In this document: positions 24,836 to 39,005 of the stretch, piece by piece
How the letters are laid out: each line of letters starts with the position of its first letter
How positions within the stretch are numbered: position 1 is the first letter of the stretch
NCBI RefSeq assembly: GCF_004010195.1
Contig: NC_057726.1
Coordinates: 48,478,447 to 48,542,446, forward strand
Length of the DNA: 64,000 bases
Direction: 5' to 3'
Source of the DNA: Chiloscyllium plagiosum
Lineage: Eukaryota
The notes under the pieces: generated by a model
The model's database searches: none
Told to the model about the DNA's origin: nothing
Seen by the model: only the letters and a program-made list of their open reading frames with translations
Translations under genes and position numbers: made by a program

Positions 24836-26539
24836 AAGAGTGGAGAAAAGTCAGAAACAGGAACAAGTATGGACCATTGAGCCTGTACTCTGCCATTCAA
24901 TACCATCATGGCTGATACTTGAATTCAACCCCACTTTGCTATTGAAAATCCTCATATCCCTTGATTCCATTAAAATCAACAATGTTATCAATCCAAGAAA
25001 TATTCCCCATGCCACAGTCACTTCAAACACAAAAATATGCTAAACTTATCAGCATTTTGACATTCCAGAATAACTGATCAAAAGTATAACTTGATATTCA
25101 GTTCTTTTTATCTGAAAACCTTAGCCTGCACTATCTCATATAAGTTATGGTCATTGGCAATATAATTCAGAGAAAATTATTGAAAGAAATTAGAAATCAG
25201 AACTGTGTCTACATGAACACTAAACTGGAATTAGATTACTCACTGAGATTACACAGCGTGGGTGTAGAGTTACTTCGCTGTGTGGAAAATAAACAAGTTG
25301 AAAAGGTGGCAGAATCAGACAGCATTTTAGGAAACTAAAAGCCACAAATGAGTGCCTGTACACGTCAGGCCTGGCGCTTCAGACTTAACACATAACCTCT
25401 GTGTGGGTGGGTAATAAATAGCATTTCAACATTGACGGCAAACAAGCCACAGAACACTTGGGCAGAAGGCAAACACTTACCGGTTCCTCTTGGAAGATGC
25501 TTGCTATATCTCGAGGACAACGCCTCATCAGCACGCCAGCAGTGGCCTGCATATCCCAAAGGGCTGACTTTCTACAGTTCATAAGCCCCCCCACCAGTGG
25601 AATATTGGATGCACTAAAGACCAAGTTAGATCAAGGTGGACAAAGTCAGTATTGAAGTGGATCCTGAAAGTATAATCCCGGCCCCACAGACATAATTCAT
25701 GTACTTGCACTTCATGCTTGTTCCCTCCCCATTTCTGCAACTGGGCCAAGTTAAAACTGACCCTCAAATCAATGAAAGATTCCAACACATTCACTATTAC
25801 CTTAAAAGACATTCCCATTTCAAAAATTGGTAAATCTTGTTCATGCTTAAGAGATAACCTGTGAGGTAAATTTGCCCACAGTGTACTACGGTGTAACTGT
25901 GTGACGAGTCACGACGTCACAAAAGCAGCACCCTAGAAAAAGAACTCATCATTATGTAACACCTTATTATCAAATCAAATAACCAAATTGCTTCACATAC
26001 AACAAATAATCAAAAAGGAGCAGTGAGCTCGACAGTTCCTCTGACTTTAGCCTCATGCAGCCACCATTTTCTTGACCCGTCTTTAGTGGCATGTTTTCAG
26101 CTGACTAGGCCTCAACGTCTGCCATTTCCTCCCTAATTCTCTCGACCTATCCTTCCTCCTTTAAGATCCTCCCTAAAAGACTCCTCTTTAAGTAATTACT
26201 CAATCCTCCTCATGACTCCTTCTTTGTCTCGCCATCTGTTTTTGCCTAATTATGCCTTTATGAAGGGCCTCAGGACATTATTCCAAGCTTAAGCTATTTG
26301 AGTGCAAACTATTGTGGGTGGTTGACAATTGATCTGGATTGCTGATCCTGACTGTTTATACTGGTTTATTATAAAATGTAAATATATACATCAAGTAGCT
26401 GTGAAATCACATATGGTACAGATATAATAGAATTGACATTACAATAAAGAAGATGAAGAGTTAGTCCAAAATGATGCTGCAGTCTCTGCATCATCTTTTC
26501 TTTCAGGAAAGCAGTCTATGGTTTGCAAGTCCACTTAGA

Positions 26540-29245
26540 TTCAAAATTTGGTTCTTTGGCATTAGACATTTTAGCATTATCGGTGCCATTTCGCCTCCAG
26601 AATAACACCCGTAACATGCATGCTTAACACTGAAGTGAACGAGGTGAGACACCATTCTTGGTGTGGCCATAAGCACATGTATACGTAGCATCACCAGCAA
26701 CTGTGCAAAAATTGGCATGTTGTGGAAGCAATCGGTGCCTTTTTGGAGTTCAACACTCCAGATGATGCCATCTTTTAACTTTGCCATTCTGAACAATTCT
26801 TCAGCAGATCGAAGCTCCCCTTGCCTCCATCTCCAATGGTATTTAAAAGGATCATCAACTAGGTTAGCTATTGATTTTTTTTAATACTCTATCTGTCCAG
26901 CGTTCAGCAGCTAACAGTGTATCAGATGTTGCCTCTTCACGAAGGCTGCCCTCAATGAAATGTAGGAGGGACTTTAATCCATCATCAATGTTACAGAAGT
27001 GAAAGGTGCAATTTATGAAGACAATTTAGTGGATATGCAGTAGAAATACATAGATATTCTGAAACCCCTCGTTGAGATCAACAAATGATTATGCATTCCG
27101 CAATAGAATAAATGTATGCTAAAATCCAATATTATATAGATTATTTTGGATTGCAAAAAGGGGTTGGAAGGAACTATTTTACACTTGCTAAGTGAGTATG
27201 AAGGAGAGGGCTTTGTAAGAGGGCATATGTGCGAATGGTGAGGAAAGACAGGCTGATTACAATGCATGTGTGACTGCATCAAGCCAAACAAAAAATCTTT
27301 ATTTGATATTTTGCCTGAGAAAATATTTGAAATTAATTCAATATGTAATTATTTGTCAGATTTTCAATTTTAAACTCCTGTTCTAGTTCATCATCAACTA
27401 AATTTGAATAATTCAACTTCAGCTGCATCCATTCAGGTTAATCCAAAGTCCTATTTTGCAACAGAGTGTGGGAGATTTATTTAGCATAAATTAGCAAAAA
27501 CATCTTACTTACAGACTCCAAGTTAAATGATTTAATAACATATGCGGGTATACTTCCTTTGGGATTTGTGCTATCTTTTTTAAAGAATAAAACCTAAAAA
27601 TAAGAGCACGGATACAGTGGTAATGGTACTATTTGACTGCATCATTTAATAAAGAAGTTATTGGAAAGAGGAGTCCCCGAAAATGTAAAGGTACCCCCTA
27701 GAAAATCAAAATGTAACTCCTCACAAATAGCGCTTGAAGCAAAGGCCCCTCCTGGAAACAAAAGACATGAGAGAACAACTACGGAGAACCAAATAGATAA
27801 CTTTAACAATACTATGTTAAATACATCATCAACTAATTGATCTTGTGCATTTCTTAGTACCTGCCTTCTGCATATCTTTTCTAGAGGCCCTGCATAGTGT
27901 TACTATAGTGGGTACAGCTTGGCCAGTCAATTTCAGTGGAGGAGACTGAAGATGGAGTTGTGGGACACCCTTGAGTAACACTGTCTCTACAAAGCACCTT
28001 CACGACATGGGTCACAACAGTCTGGGTTAGCTGGCTGAGAGACAACCACAAGGACATTGATGGAGTGGCAGTGGAAGTTTGAAAGCTGTTTTTTAGATTG
28101 GGCAGTTGCACAAAGATAATGCCACGATGAATTGGTTGGCGATCCTAGTCATCTGACAGAGCACAACTGCTGTGGTCACCTTTGAATACCAGTACCTACT
28201 GTAATGGTGGCAGCAAGCTAAACCTGCATGATAGCAAACTGCATTAGAGCAGTCTGCTTTTCCGTGGCAGAAGCTGACTTTGCACTGCTTCAGAGTGAGC
28301 TCACACCAGATGATTTCAGTGATGCACGGCTGTTGTTTGTGTTACAGTGGAAGCTAGATTTTAGCCATGATTAGGTCTGCAAGTGTAACAATGAAGTTGG
28401 CCACCATTTCAATGTCAGAAAGGACGCCTTCCAAGTTCTGCACAAACCTTGTGCCAAATATCTCTACATTCCTTGATGCTGGCACAAGCTTTTTTGGCAG
28501 CTCTGCCAACTGTGGATACTCTCCAGCCTTCTTCTGTAGGTTACCTGATTGAAATTCTCACCTGTCTTCTACAGCTGCTGTTGTATGTGGCCTTCCCTTA
28601 TGGCAGACTGGCACTGTATTACCCTTTGGTTTCAAAGATTGTTAGCCACTTTGTCCCTGTTACTTCAAGACATGCATATTCCATCACTATCATATATTTG
28701 ATATTACCCACCATGTCAGTCCTTGAGCTGATAGTTAAGAGTGTGAGAGTGATAGGATTTCTTCTTTATCACTGCCTTCCTGTCATTGAATTCTTGTGGT
28801 ACTAGAATCCAGCTTCTAAGTGCTAGACTCTTATTACTTAATGCTGTAGTTATCTGGTCTCACCACTTTTGCACAGTTGTCCAAATAAGCTCCATGTTCC
28901 TGTGGATACAGGACTTCTCTCCTTCTGACAAAATCATAGAGTCACATCAGAGAACCTTCGAGACTGCCCTACTAACTGTTCCTGCATAGCTGAGTGTTCT
29001 GCTTGCTCACCTCTCTTCTCCAATAGTTCCATAAACCTCTCCAGCCCAGATGTACCTCACCTTTAAGAGGGGCTGGCTGGCTCCCCTACTATGGCATGCA
29101 AGCACACAACAGTGCAATTAGCACTGGCTGGAATGAGCTACCATGCAAATTAGCAGGCAGCCATAAAGTCCACATGCTTACCTGGATTGGGAGCAATTTT
29201 CATGGATTAGTTATTCACTGTGATACCCTTGTGTAATTTCAGCCC
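26540..29245. mobile_element. Decayed PIF/Harbinger DNA transposon (transposase remnant on +, Myb/SANT-like ORF remnant on -)
   Basis: + 26915-26962 QCIRCCLFTKAALNEM resembles the Harbinger transposase N-terminus. Minus 28780-28970 gives SRRFSDVTL..VRRREVLYPQ..DQIT..LRSW..KFND with frameshifts, a Myb/SANT-like pattern. Right end AATTTCAGCCC looks like a TIR. Confidence 0.65.
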
Positions 29246-29704
29246 TTTCCAATTTTATGTGATAAATTTTCTTCAAACCAGACTATTCATCTGATGATAA
29301 TCTTGAACGGATCTTAACTGTGCTTAATTTTCTTGCCATGCTCATAAAAAGTTGAGAGATAATTGTTCTCTCTTGTAAATTTTGCATAATTCCATTGAAC
29401 AATCAACAAAAGGGGTGAAAGCCTACAGTAATAATATTCCTCTTGTATCTTTCTCCTTGCATAGTGGCAAAATTAAGCATAACATAAAGTACGATAAAAA
29501 GTAATTAATTATATTTCATGGTTTAAATATTACTAAAAGCAAGATAATATCCTTGAGTTTAAATTTAACAAGCAAAATTCTGTTACCTTATCAAAATGCT
29601 TCATGTTCAGTGTATTTTAGAATTTGGTTCAAATCGGACAAAGTTTCAAGAACTGAATAAAATACGTGCAAAGGAAACAACAAAGGAATTGATTTTTTGT
29701 GGAA

Positions 29705-29928
29705 TAAAACAAAAACTGCTGATACTGAAAATTTGAAATAATAATAGAAATTGCTGGCGAAACTCAGCGGATCTGGAAGCATTTGTGAAGAAAGAGCAGA
29801 GTTAATATTTCAGTCCAGAGACTCACCAGTTCTGATGAAGAGCCAATAGACTCAAAATGTTAACTCTGTTTTCTCTCCACAGATGCTGCCAGACATCCTG
29901 AGATTCTCCGGCTATTTCTGAGTTTTTG
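29705..29928. mobile_element. Head-to-head palindromic PLE-derived element with central hammerhead motif
   Basis: Inverted arms around AGTT-CTGATGA-A-GAGCC-AATA-GACTC-AAAAT-GTT-AACT (29828-29865). Confidence 0.75.
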
Positions 29929-32900
29929 TACAGTCTGGAAAAGTAGCGAAGAACAAACTATGCAAAACAAGCTAAAAATATAAAGTAGAAACAAGTTGAA
30001 GATTTCAATTTGCTAAAAAGCAGAGCGATCTCATCCATGCAGTCACCCAAAGTTCTATTCAGATACTTCAGTTAGGAAATACCATCAGTGCACTGAGTAT
30101 AAAAATCTGACAACATAACTGCTTCAAATTAAACAGCCTCTGCTGAATAATAAGGCATTCAGAAAAACTCTTGAGTTACAGTAGGGTCTTTCATGAAATT
30201 TCCCTATATGACATTGAGCACAAAACCCAATGCATACTGGCTGAAGAAATGTCAGGTTCTTTAAATATTTACCTGGCACACATATTAAAAGTGGTATCTG
30301 GAGTTATGTTTTCAAAGCTTTTTTCCTTAAATAAAATCTTCACCTCAAAATGTAATCCTGTGAAAAACTAAAGTAATGTACAATTTTGTGGCAGGTACAG
30401 ATAAAATCTCCTATAAGATTAATAAGCAAAGAATTATAGATTCATTTCTGTCTTTTTTGTATCTCTTTCGGAATTTGCTTTGGGTGCTGCATAAATAGTT
30501 GCTAGTACTGGTCCACATTTCATTGTATGAATTCTGGTGATCATTGATAATCTTCCCTTGGCCTCACTCCTCACTATCCCTGTAGTTCACCAGCCCTACA
30601 ATTCCCTGATTTCTCTCAATTTCTCCAATTCTGGATTCTTGCCTATCCCCAATTTTCATTGTTCCACCATTGGACCCATGCCTCTAGTTGTCTAGTCCCT
30701 AAGCTCTGGTATCCCCACACTAACTTGCCAACTCTTTGTCTCTCTCTCTCTCTTCTTCTAAGATGCTCCTTATATCCCAGCTCTTTTGACTTAAACTTGT
30801 CAAGTTTTAGTTAGAACACAACTAGAGTATTACATCCAGCACAAGTCACTACATTCTAGGGGGGGTATGAGAGTCCTGGAAAAAGTGCAGAGGAGATTTG
30901 TCGTAAAGGTTCTAAGGAGAAGAGATTTTAGCTCTAAGGTTAGGCTGGCTGTTCTTCTTGGAAAAGGAGATTGAGGGGAGATTTGACAGAGGTGTATATG
31001 ATCCTAACAAATCTAGACAAAGAAAAGCTATTCTCATTAGCTGATGCACAAGGATTATGAGATACTTGATTACTATGTTGGGCAAATGGTGGCTGGGGAG
31101 GTGATGAAGAGCTTTATTCCACACTGAGAGGTAATGACCCGGAATTACACAGCAGAGGTTGACAATGCCTAGTCACAGAATCCTGGTAATACTATAGCAG
31201 GAACGGTGTTGCAGCATTTAAATGTGCAGAAGAGCCTCAGAGTTTGGGAGATCTGCCGCCTTGTACCTTTAGGCCTACTCAGATAAGTAACTGAGGGAAC
31301 ATATGGAAGGACAGCAGGCCTCCGCAAGTTGTTTCCCTTTAATTTTCTGAATTTGTGGTCACTGCAGGTTCTAACTGGCCTACCATCAGCCTCCATTTGT
31401 CAGTCCTGGAGTACAGCTATAACTAGGCCATTTGGGAGGAGACTGGGAAGCCTCCATTGTCGACAAGGTCCAAGGCCTCCAAAATTGACATGCTGATGTA
31501 TCCCGTGAGCAGGTGCCAGTCCCAGCAGAAAGCAAATTGAGACTCAAAGTAGCAAAAAGCCTGATATGACCATATTCCTGCAAATTAATCACATTTTGGG
31601 CTGGATAATAGAGAAGAATCCAAGAAGCCCGAAACACAAACCACCTACTGCAAAGAGATATTTTTGCAGAATTGTTGAGGTCTAAAGGAGATTCAGTTCT
31701 TGAAATAATCAGGAACAGTTTAAAGTTTCCACAGCGATACAAATTATGCATTGCAGCAACACACCAAGGCTCCTTCCATTGCACCTTCCAAACCCGCAAC
31801 CTCTACCACTTAGAAGGACTTGGGAATACCACCAGTTGCAAATTTCCCTCCAAGCCACACACCACTCTGACTTGGAAATATATTATAACTCATTCCTGCC
31901 ACTGGTTCAAAAACCTGGAACTCATCCTAAATGCACTTTAGAAGCACTGATGATACCAGGTCTACAGCAGTGGTTCAAATTGCCGACCATCTTCTGAAGG
32001 ACAATTAAGATGGACAAGTGCTGGACTTGCCAAATGAAGCTTACAATCCCATGAAAAAATAAACAAAGCTTATGCCACACAGTCAATAGGGCTAGTGAAT
32101 GGAGATTGGATGAGGAAACTATTTCAGTACAATTTTTCTTGGTTTAATAATACAGATTTATTAGTGTTGCCAGTATAATATGCAACAAAATGATATATAA
32201 AATTCAGAAAAGGCATCATCTGAGGAGAAAAAGAGTTAATATTACAGGTTGATGAACTGAATAAATAAATGCTTCATTGATAAAACCACAAAGTTTCCTT
32301 GAGTTGGAGATTTGATCACTGTATTGCAAGATATTTTACCATAATGTTCCTTTAAGATAGGTAGCTATGTAAAATACCTTCCATCTAGAGATGCGTTTGG
32401 AGACTAGTTGGGTAACAGCAGTATTCAACGTCTCACACTGAATATTGCACACTGAGAAAATTACTGGGATTTACAATCACTTTCAAAATCTGACTGTTGG
32501 AGTTTCAATACTTCAACTACTGATTTTTTTTTCCCTTGATAAGTATACTAGTTTAATTACATTCTGTCATGAAGTATAAAATGCTCAGCCTCTAGTGTCA
32601 TTAATTTAACCTCTCAATTCCTGCAGAACTAAAATTTTAATGAGTAATTAAGTCCATGGTGCTTGTCAGTGAAAATAGCAACAAGACAAGCAGAACCATT
32701 ACTCTGATGCAGTGTTTTTCCAAGATAACGTCCTACCCTGACTTGTCAAAGAAACTGCATCTCCAGAGTTCAAATCACTAAGTGCTGAAGAAAATCTGAC
32801 TGAAAGGAAATGCTGTGGGCTTCTTTAGACCTGTTAGAACACATTAGCAAAGTGTCATTCATCTCCCCATCAACTCACCCAGTTTAAACTGTCTAGAACT

Positions 32901-35490
32901 GCGAATCAGGACAGACTTTTAAATAAAAATGTATCCTTTGCCATATTTTCTAATCACTTGGTTACACTTTCAATGGGCGATTTGTGAAAGCAATACTATA
33001 CTTAAGCATATTGCATTATAGTACAGAGTATTCTCATACATGAGCTCATTTTTTTTGTGAATACTCATTGGCATAATAACATGGTGTAACAGAGACCGAT
33101 ATCACACTGGCATACAAACACAAAAATACTGTTTACCTAATTCTGCAGTGAGTTGAATATAGGTATAGTTCACTGCATTTGACCTAATGTTTTAGAAGTT
33201 CACAATTAAGAGAAGCAATATGGGAATTTTTAATACTTTGTTTAGACTCGCTTACAAATACTAAGTGGTGTATTAGTAAAAGACTTTCTGTATAAGTCAT
33301 GATCATTTCAGATACTCCACATGTTTAGAGATCAATCTTCACATCAATCTTCTCTATCTCAGAATTTTAATCCTGGAAGAGATTGTATCAAGCCTAAAAT
33401 AAATAAAGTGGATAAGATGTATGCTGTGGAAGAAACTTATCTCAGAAAAAGTCAAACAGCCCTGGAAGAGCTCCATCAAACTGATCCCAACAGATGTGGC
33501 TCCTTTTGACACACTGTAAAGATGCACAGCAATCAGATTGGAAATTAAATCTGTAGACCTGTGATAGCAGGGTTTCTTGGCACCTTTCCTATCTTCTCTT
33601 TCCTTTCTCAACACTGATAAAAATTGATAACAATTCACAGTAATTCACTCTTCCAGTACGAAGCAGCAGAGCCCATATTGATACCATAGGCAGAAGTTAT
33701 GTAACTGAAACTCTGCTTAAGAATGAGACTAATCCAAAGGAAGTGTTTCACATGTCTTCGTCAATTGAGGCTCTGGAAGTTAGCAGAGACAGCTCAGACT
33801 CAAGCTGAGGATGAAGGAGTTCCAGCATGGTATTTTAATAATGTGTACGAAATAGTTCGTAATGAAACACATTTCTTGAAATGACAAGTGTTAAGGAATA
33901 TAAAGACATTATCTTTTCATTTTTCTGTATTTTTGATTGTGGACTCAAATAGGGAAAGATCTGTTTTAAAAGCAAAGGATTGTTGAAGGATTACTGTGCA
34001 TTTTAAAAGCAAGTTATCTGACACTCATTGTAAGTGTTATTTACACAGCTGTTGGTTTAAGCAGTGGGAAAAACCTAGTTTCAGATACATTGGAAGCAGA
34101 AGACTGTACAAATGGACATTGAACCAGCAGCAAGAAGCTAACTGGTCTCTGAAATAGTGATCAGTTATTGATGACAAAACTGTTAGTTACATCCTCCAGT
34201 CTGACTTTTCATTTTCCTACCCTATGTTCTTTCTTTATAATGTAGTTCTCTCAATTTGAGGGAAGGAAAGATCTTTCAAAACTTGTCATCCCTGTTATCT
34301 TTAGTCCTGACAGACTTTCCTTCATCGCAAGCTACAATGATTGCAGATACACTTATTGGGCTGTATTATAGAGCTTCACCAGATTTGTCTCAATAACTAA
34401 CCAGATTTTACAATTCCTACATTCTCCTCCTTGACAATAGCAATTGTAGTATGACTCTACTGTATCAATTTCCTTCTCCCTGACGTCATAGCGACTGTTA
34501 GTCTCCTAGGGATTGAGGTGCAGGATAAAGTGATGATCACTGTACATTACCTTGTGAATAAAACTTAAGAGGCTGTAATATTACACATTGTTAGGATCAG
34601 TTCCAGGGCAAATACTCCAACAGGGCAAATACTCCAACTTTGTACAGATCAGGCATTGTACCTCAAACCATTAAACTTTTCAATGAGGAGCAATAAACTG
34701 GCTTCTCTTGGTCATTTATCCAGACCCTCAGCTGGTTGCAAAAAAGTCAGTTTTAAGAAGTTCCCTTCTCTTCAGGACCCTTTTCTCTCAGGACTGACTG
34801 AATTCATATTTCAAAAGGAGTCATTAAGCCAGCTTGCTTGAATTAATAAGAAGAATGAGATTATTAATTACTAAAGCCTAGAAAAATAGTATCACAGCAC
34901 ACATATATGCTGGATTAGAAATAAAAGGTATACCAAAAAGTTAATAATTATAAAAATATGTACAGATCAATCTCTGAGCTGTTTTTAAATAGTGGAGAGT
35001 TGAACATTGTGGACATTGCAATGGATGTTACTGGTAGTATTGATGTTGGCAGTTAAATAGTTGATTTGGAGACTCTTGGCTTTGTAGATTGATTGGTACT
35101 TCTTTTGTCCCTAATATTTTTGGTCGTGACTGATTGGCAGCATGATGAGTGAGACAGAGTCGTTTTCACTTTACATGTGTGCCGGGCTGTTTAAATGACT
35201 GTGCTCGGAGCTGTACCCTCACAGCACACTGGTGCACATACTAGGGTGTCAGGCCATGAACACATACAGACTAGTGTTGCAGAATATTTTTAACCTCTCT
35301 TATGTAATGTTTTGGAAGTGAAACACAAAGGTTCTGTAAGAGGTGGTGTTCTGTGACAGTAGGATGATGAAGCCCCTCATTATCTCTTTCTTTATATTTC
35401 TCTCTCTTGTTGAACTTTCCCTGATACTCTACAGGTGTGACATTCTATGGATGCAACATGGGTTTTTGCCAGACAGTGGCTGAATTTATA

Positions 35491-35810
35491 TTAGATTAGA
35501 TTAGATTAGATTACTTACAGTGTGGAAACAGACCCTTTGGCCCAACAAGTCCACACCGACCCGCTGAAGCGCACCCACCAAGATCTATTCCCCTACATTT
35601 ACCCCTTTACCTAACACTACCGGCAATGTAGCATGGCCAATTCACCTAACCTGCACATTTTTGGGAGGAAACCGGAGCACCCGGAGGAAACCCACGCAGA
35701 CACGGGAAGAATGTGCAAACTCCACACAGACAGTCGCCTGAGGCGGGAATTGACCCGGGTCTGGCGCTGTGAGGCAGCAGTGCTAACCACTGTGCCACCA
35801 TGCCGCCCAC
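35491..35810 (-). mobile_element. HE1-type SINE with (TCTAA)n tail
   Basis: TTAGA repeats at 35491-35512; tRNA-like head at ~35745-35810. Confidence 0.92.
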
Positions 35811-38199
35811 CATATCTGTAGTCATTTAAAAAGATATCTTTTTAAAAATAAAAGTTAACAATGTCCACAGTACTTCGGGGGTTCTGAACTTTCGTCATAA
35901 GAGGTTTCATATATAGACATATGGCGTATAGGTAGAAAAACCAGAAAGTTATGTTAAACCTACATAAATACATTAAATTGTTGGAAGCATTATGTCCAAA
36001 TCTGTAGTCCATTAATTCAGTTGATATTTTATTTTCCCGCAGCTAAGCTCTAGCAATCAGTTTCATAGATATACTTACTGTAATACTTAGAATTCATTCT
36101 CAACCAGCATGCTGACCACTTAACACAGGGAGATGTATTTTCCTGTTACTATGTCCTAGAATATTGGATCATTTGGGCAGAGGAACAGGAAGAAACTGGT
36201 CTCGGGTGAAGCACCAATGTATAAGTTACCCTGCTGATTTTATATCTATCAATTTAAATGGAGGAAAATTGAGTGGATTTCCTTAATGGTTCACCCTAAA
36301 GTCACTCTTCTGAGTCCTTGTTCCCACAGTATTATATACTTGGATATAGCATCACATCAATCAGTTAAAGATCTAAGTCTAGTGAAGGGGGTTCCTTGTT
36401 CTTCACGATGTGCTCAGCCTTTGAGTTTGGTCAGACGAGCAATCTGTCATAAAGAAGAAAATCAGTGTCAAGATAATTTAAGTTTTGAAGCTGACATACT
36501 TGAAGTGTTGGTGGATATTTAATGAAATAACAAAATATCTAATCAAAACTGAAGTCTTCAAATATAATTCAGCTTGAAGGCTGTGTTGCATAACCATTTA
36601 TACCTTGGAATATGGCTATGCTTATTGTTAATCATTGTCTTTAATTGATTAATTATAAATGAATTTAGAACATTTTGATAACAAACTAAGATCTATTTTC
36701 TCTGATAATTGCAGCCTTGAAGCATGTCTTAAGTATAAATGAGAAGGCTCAATACTAACTGATACCATCATGTTTTTTTCTTCCAGTGTAGTTTTCTTTA
36801 AAGCTGGTTAATCACCAGTGTATTATTTCTCAACAGAATCAATTAAAAGTTTGAACATGGATAGTAAGTTTCCACACAATCTCAAAGTGTCCACTTACCA
36901 ATTAAAAGACTGTCATTTGGCATCACATATTATTGTGTAATATTTGCAACTTCCATAAATACTGGGTCATAATGTTCTGTGCCAGGCCATCCAATGGCAT
37001 CTGCCCCAAGAAATAGAAAGAGGGCATCTGGGAACTCAGTGAAAAGGGTAAACATACCTCCTTCAATAATTATATCAAATGATCATTCCCAGTCTGAGAA
37101 GGAAATGAGTGAGAGCAATTTTGAATCAGGTAGTAAAGAGAAATATATGGAAGAAAAGAAGCATTGGATTGATAAATAAAATTAAGCAAAAAGTAAAAGT
37201 GACAGTAATTTTTAAAATTTTATATTATAATTTTTTAAATCTCCAGAACTGAGAAAAGTCTGAATGAATGCTTTTAATAGTTAATTTTTAGTGGCAGACT
37301 GGTAGTAATCAACTTTTAGCACATTGTTAGCAAAGGATTAATACTGAAATGGACAAGAGTTAACTTTCTGTGGTAGTTCCAACTTGTGCCTACCATGCAA
37401 ATATAGCAACTTTACACAATTCAATTTCAATGATGATGCAGCAAAAAGATCAACTTTTGCAAAGAGTAGAGCAGTACAACTTGTACGAACAGTTTGGACA
37501 TTTGAGTTTCATCATACATCTGCCCTCAACTAAAACGTACAATATTGTGTGCATATAAATAATACAGTGCATCATTAGCCTGACTTATTTTTCATAGAAG
37601 ACTATAGACAATTTCAAAATCATCATTTTTATCATTGTACAAAATTGCAGCAAATCAGAACAGTAGAAGTTGGTAAAATGTAAATTAAATCTGTAATTCC
37701 TGGTGTAAAATAGCCCAACTACTCTCAGACACTCAAATTTCATTCTGTAGTGTTCCAAGACTTGAGGATCGTTTACCAGTGAACTGAACTTTTGCACATC
37801 CTTCTCTTTGCCTCCTGACAGCCACTGTTTCTTTTAGCTACTCATCCTAAAAACTTCTATTCCACGTATCTTTTTTACTGATTGTATCTCTGTGAAACAC
37901 TTTGGGATTTTATTCACATGAAAAGCATTGTGTGAATGCAGGTTGTTCTTTGAAAACTGCTACTTTGCATTCTTATCCTGTTACATCTTAAGTAGACCAT
38001 GCAAGTCAGCAAAGCAAGCCTTCAAAATTAACTGCTACACACGTAGGCTTACTGTTCACATCTCCATCTAATAAGCTTCAGAAGTAACATAAAAATATCT
38101 CCATTCATTTACATCTGTGTGATGATGATTCAATCGAGACCCTCACAACACAGTTTACCTCAACAGTATTTTCAAGGGCTCCATTGCATGAACATATAA

Positions 38200-38740
38200 G
38201 TATGCAAAATGAGAACAGAAGGAGAGCATGTGGCCCCATGAGTCTGCTCTGCCATTGAATAAGGTTGTGATTGATCTGTGTGTATTCCAATTTCCACATG
38301 CCCATCTACGCACCAATAACTCTTGATTTCCTTGCCTAACAAGAATCTATTCACCTTGGCCTTAAGATTATTTAACAATCCTCTATTTAACAGGCCTCTA
38401 CTGCCTTCTGAGGCTGAGTTCAAAAGTTGCACTACCCTCAGAGAAATAACACTCTCTGTCCTAAAAGAATGATTCTTAACTTTAAAGCAGTGCCCCCCAG
38501 ATCTGGATTCACTATAAGAGGAACATACCTTCCATGTCCACCCTGTTAAGATCATTGAGTTCTTATACACTTCAATCATGTCATTTCTCACTGTTCTAAA
38601 CTCCAGGGAAAATAAGCCCAACTGTCCAACTTATCAGATACTCATTCCAGGTATCATTCTTGCAAACATCCTCTGAACCATTTCCAAAAGATTTACATTT
38701 GCCCTTAAATAAGAAGACCAAAACTGGATACAGTAATTCA
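38200..38740 (-). mobile_element. CR1 3' fragment
   Basis: ORF 38172..38621(-) GLFSLEFRTVRNDMIEVYK. Confidence 0.8.
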
Positions 38741-38747
38741 GCCAAGC

Positions 38748-38958
38748 ACAGAATATGTTCAAGAAACTCAGTAGGTCTGGCAGCATCTATGGAGATTGGA
38801 AAAGAGCTAATATTTCGTGTCCAGTAAGACTCTTCTTCAGAACTTCTTACCGGACTCAAACCATTAACTCTGCTTCTCTGTCCAGATGCTGCCAAACCTG
38901 CTGAATTTCTTCGACTGTGTTTGTTTCAGATTTTCAGCATCTGCAATATTTTGCTTCT
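38748..38958. mobile_element. Head-to-head palindromic PLE-derived element with hammerhead motif
   Basis: Minus strand of 38805-38844 reads AGTT-CTGAAGA-A-GAGTC-TTACTG-GACAC-GAAAT-ATT-AGCT. The opposite arm starts with a truncated second motif (GGACTCAAACCATTAACT). Confidence 0.75.
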
Positions 38959-39005
38959 ATTCACAATATTTGTGATGCAGTCTCACCAATGTCCTGTATA
39001 ACTGA

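Noticed and set aside
31140..31720. Moderately GC-rich segment, possibly a non-autonomous DNA transposon
   Set aside because: No TIR or TSD could be established from this copy alone.
34604..34637. 17-bp tandem duplication CAGGGCAAATACTCCAA x2
   Set aside because: Ordinary slippage duplication with no further structure.
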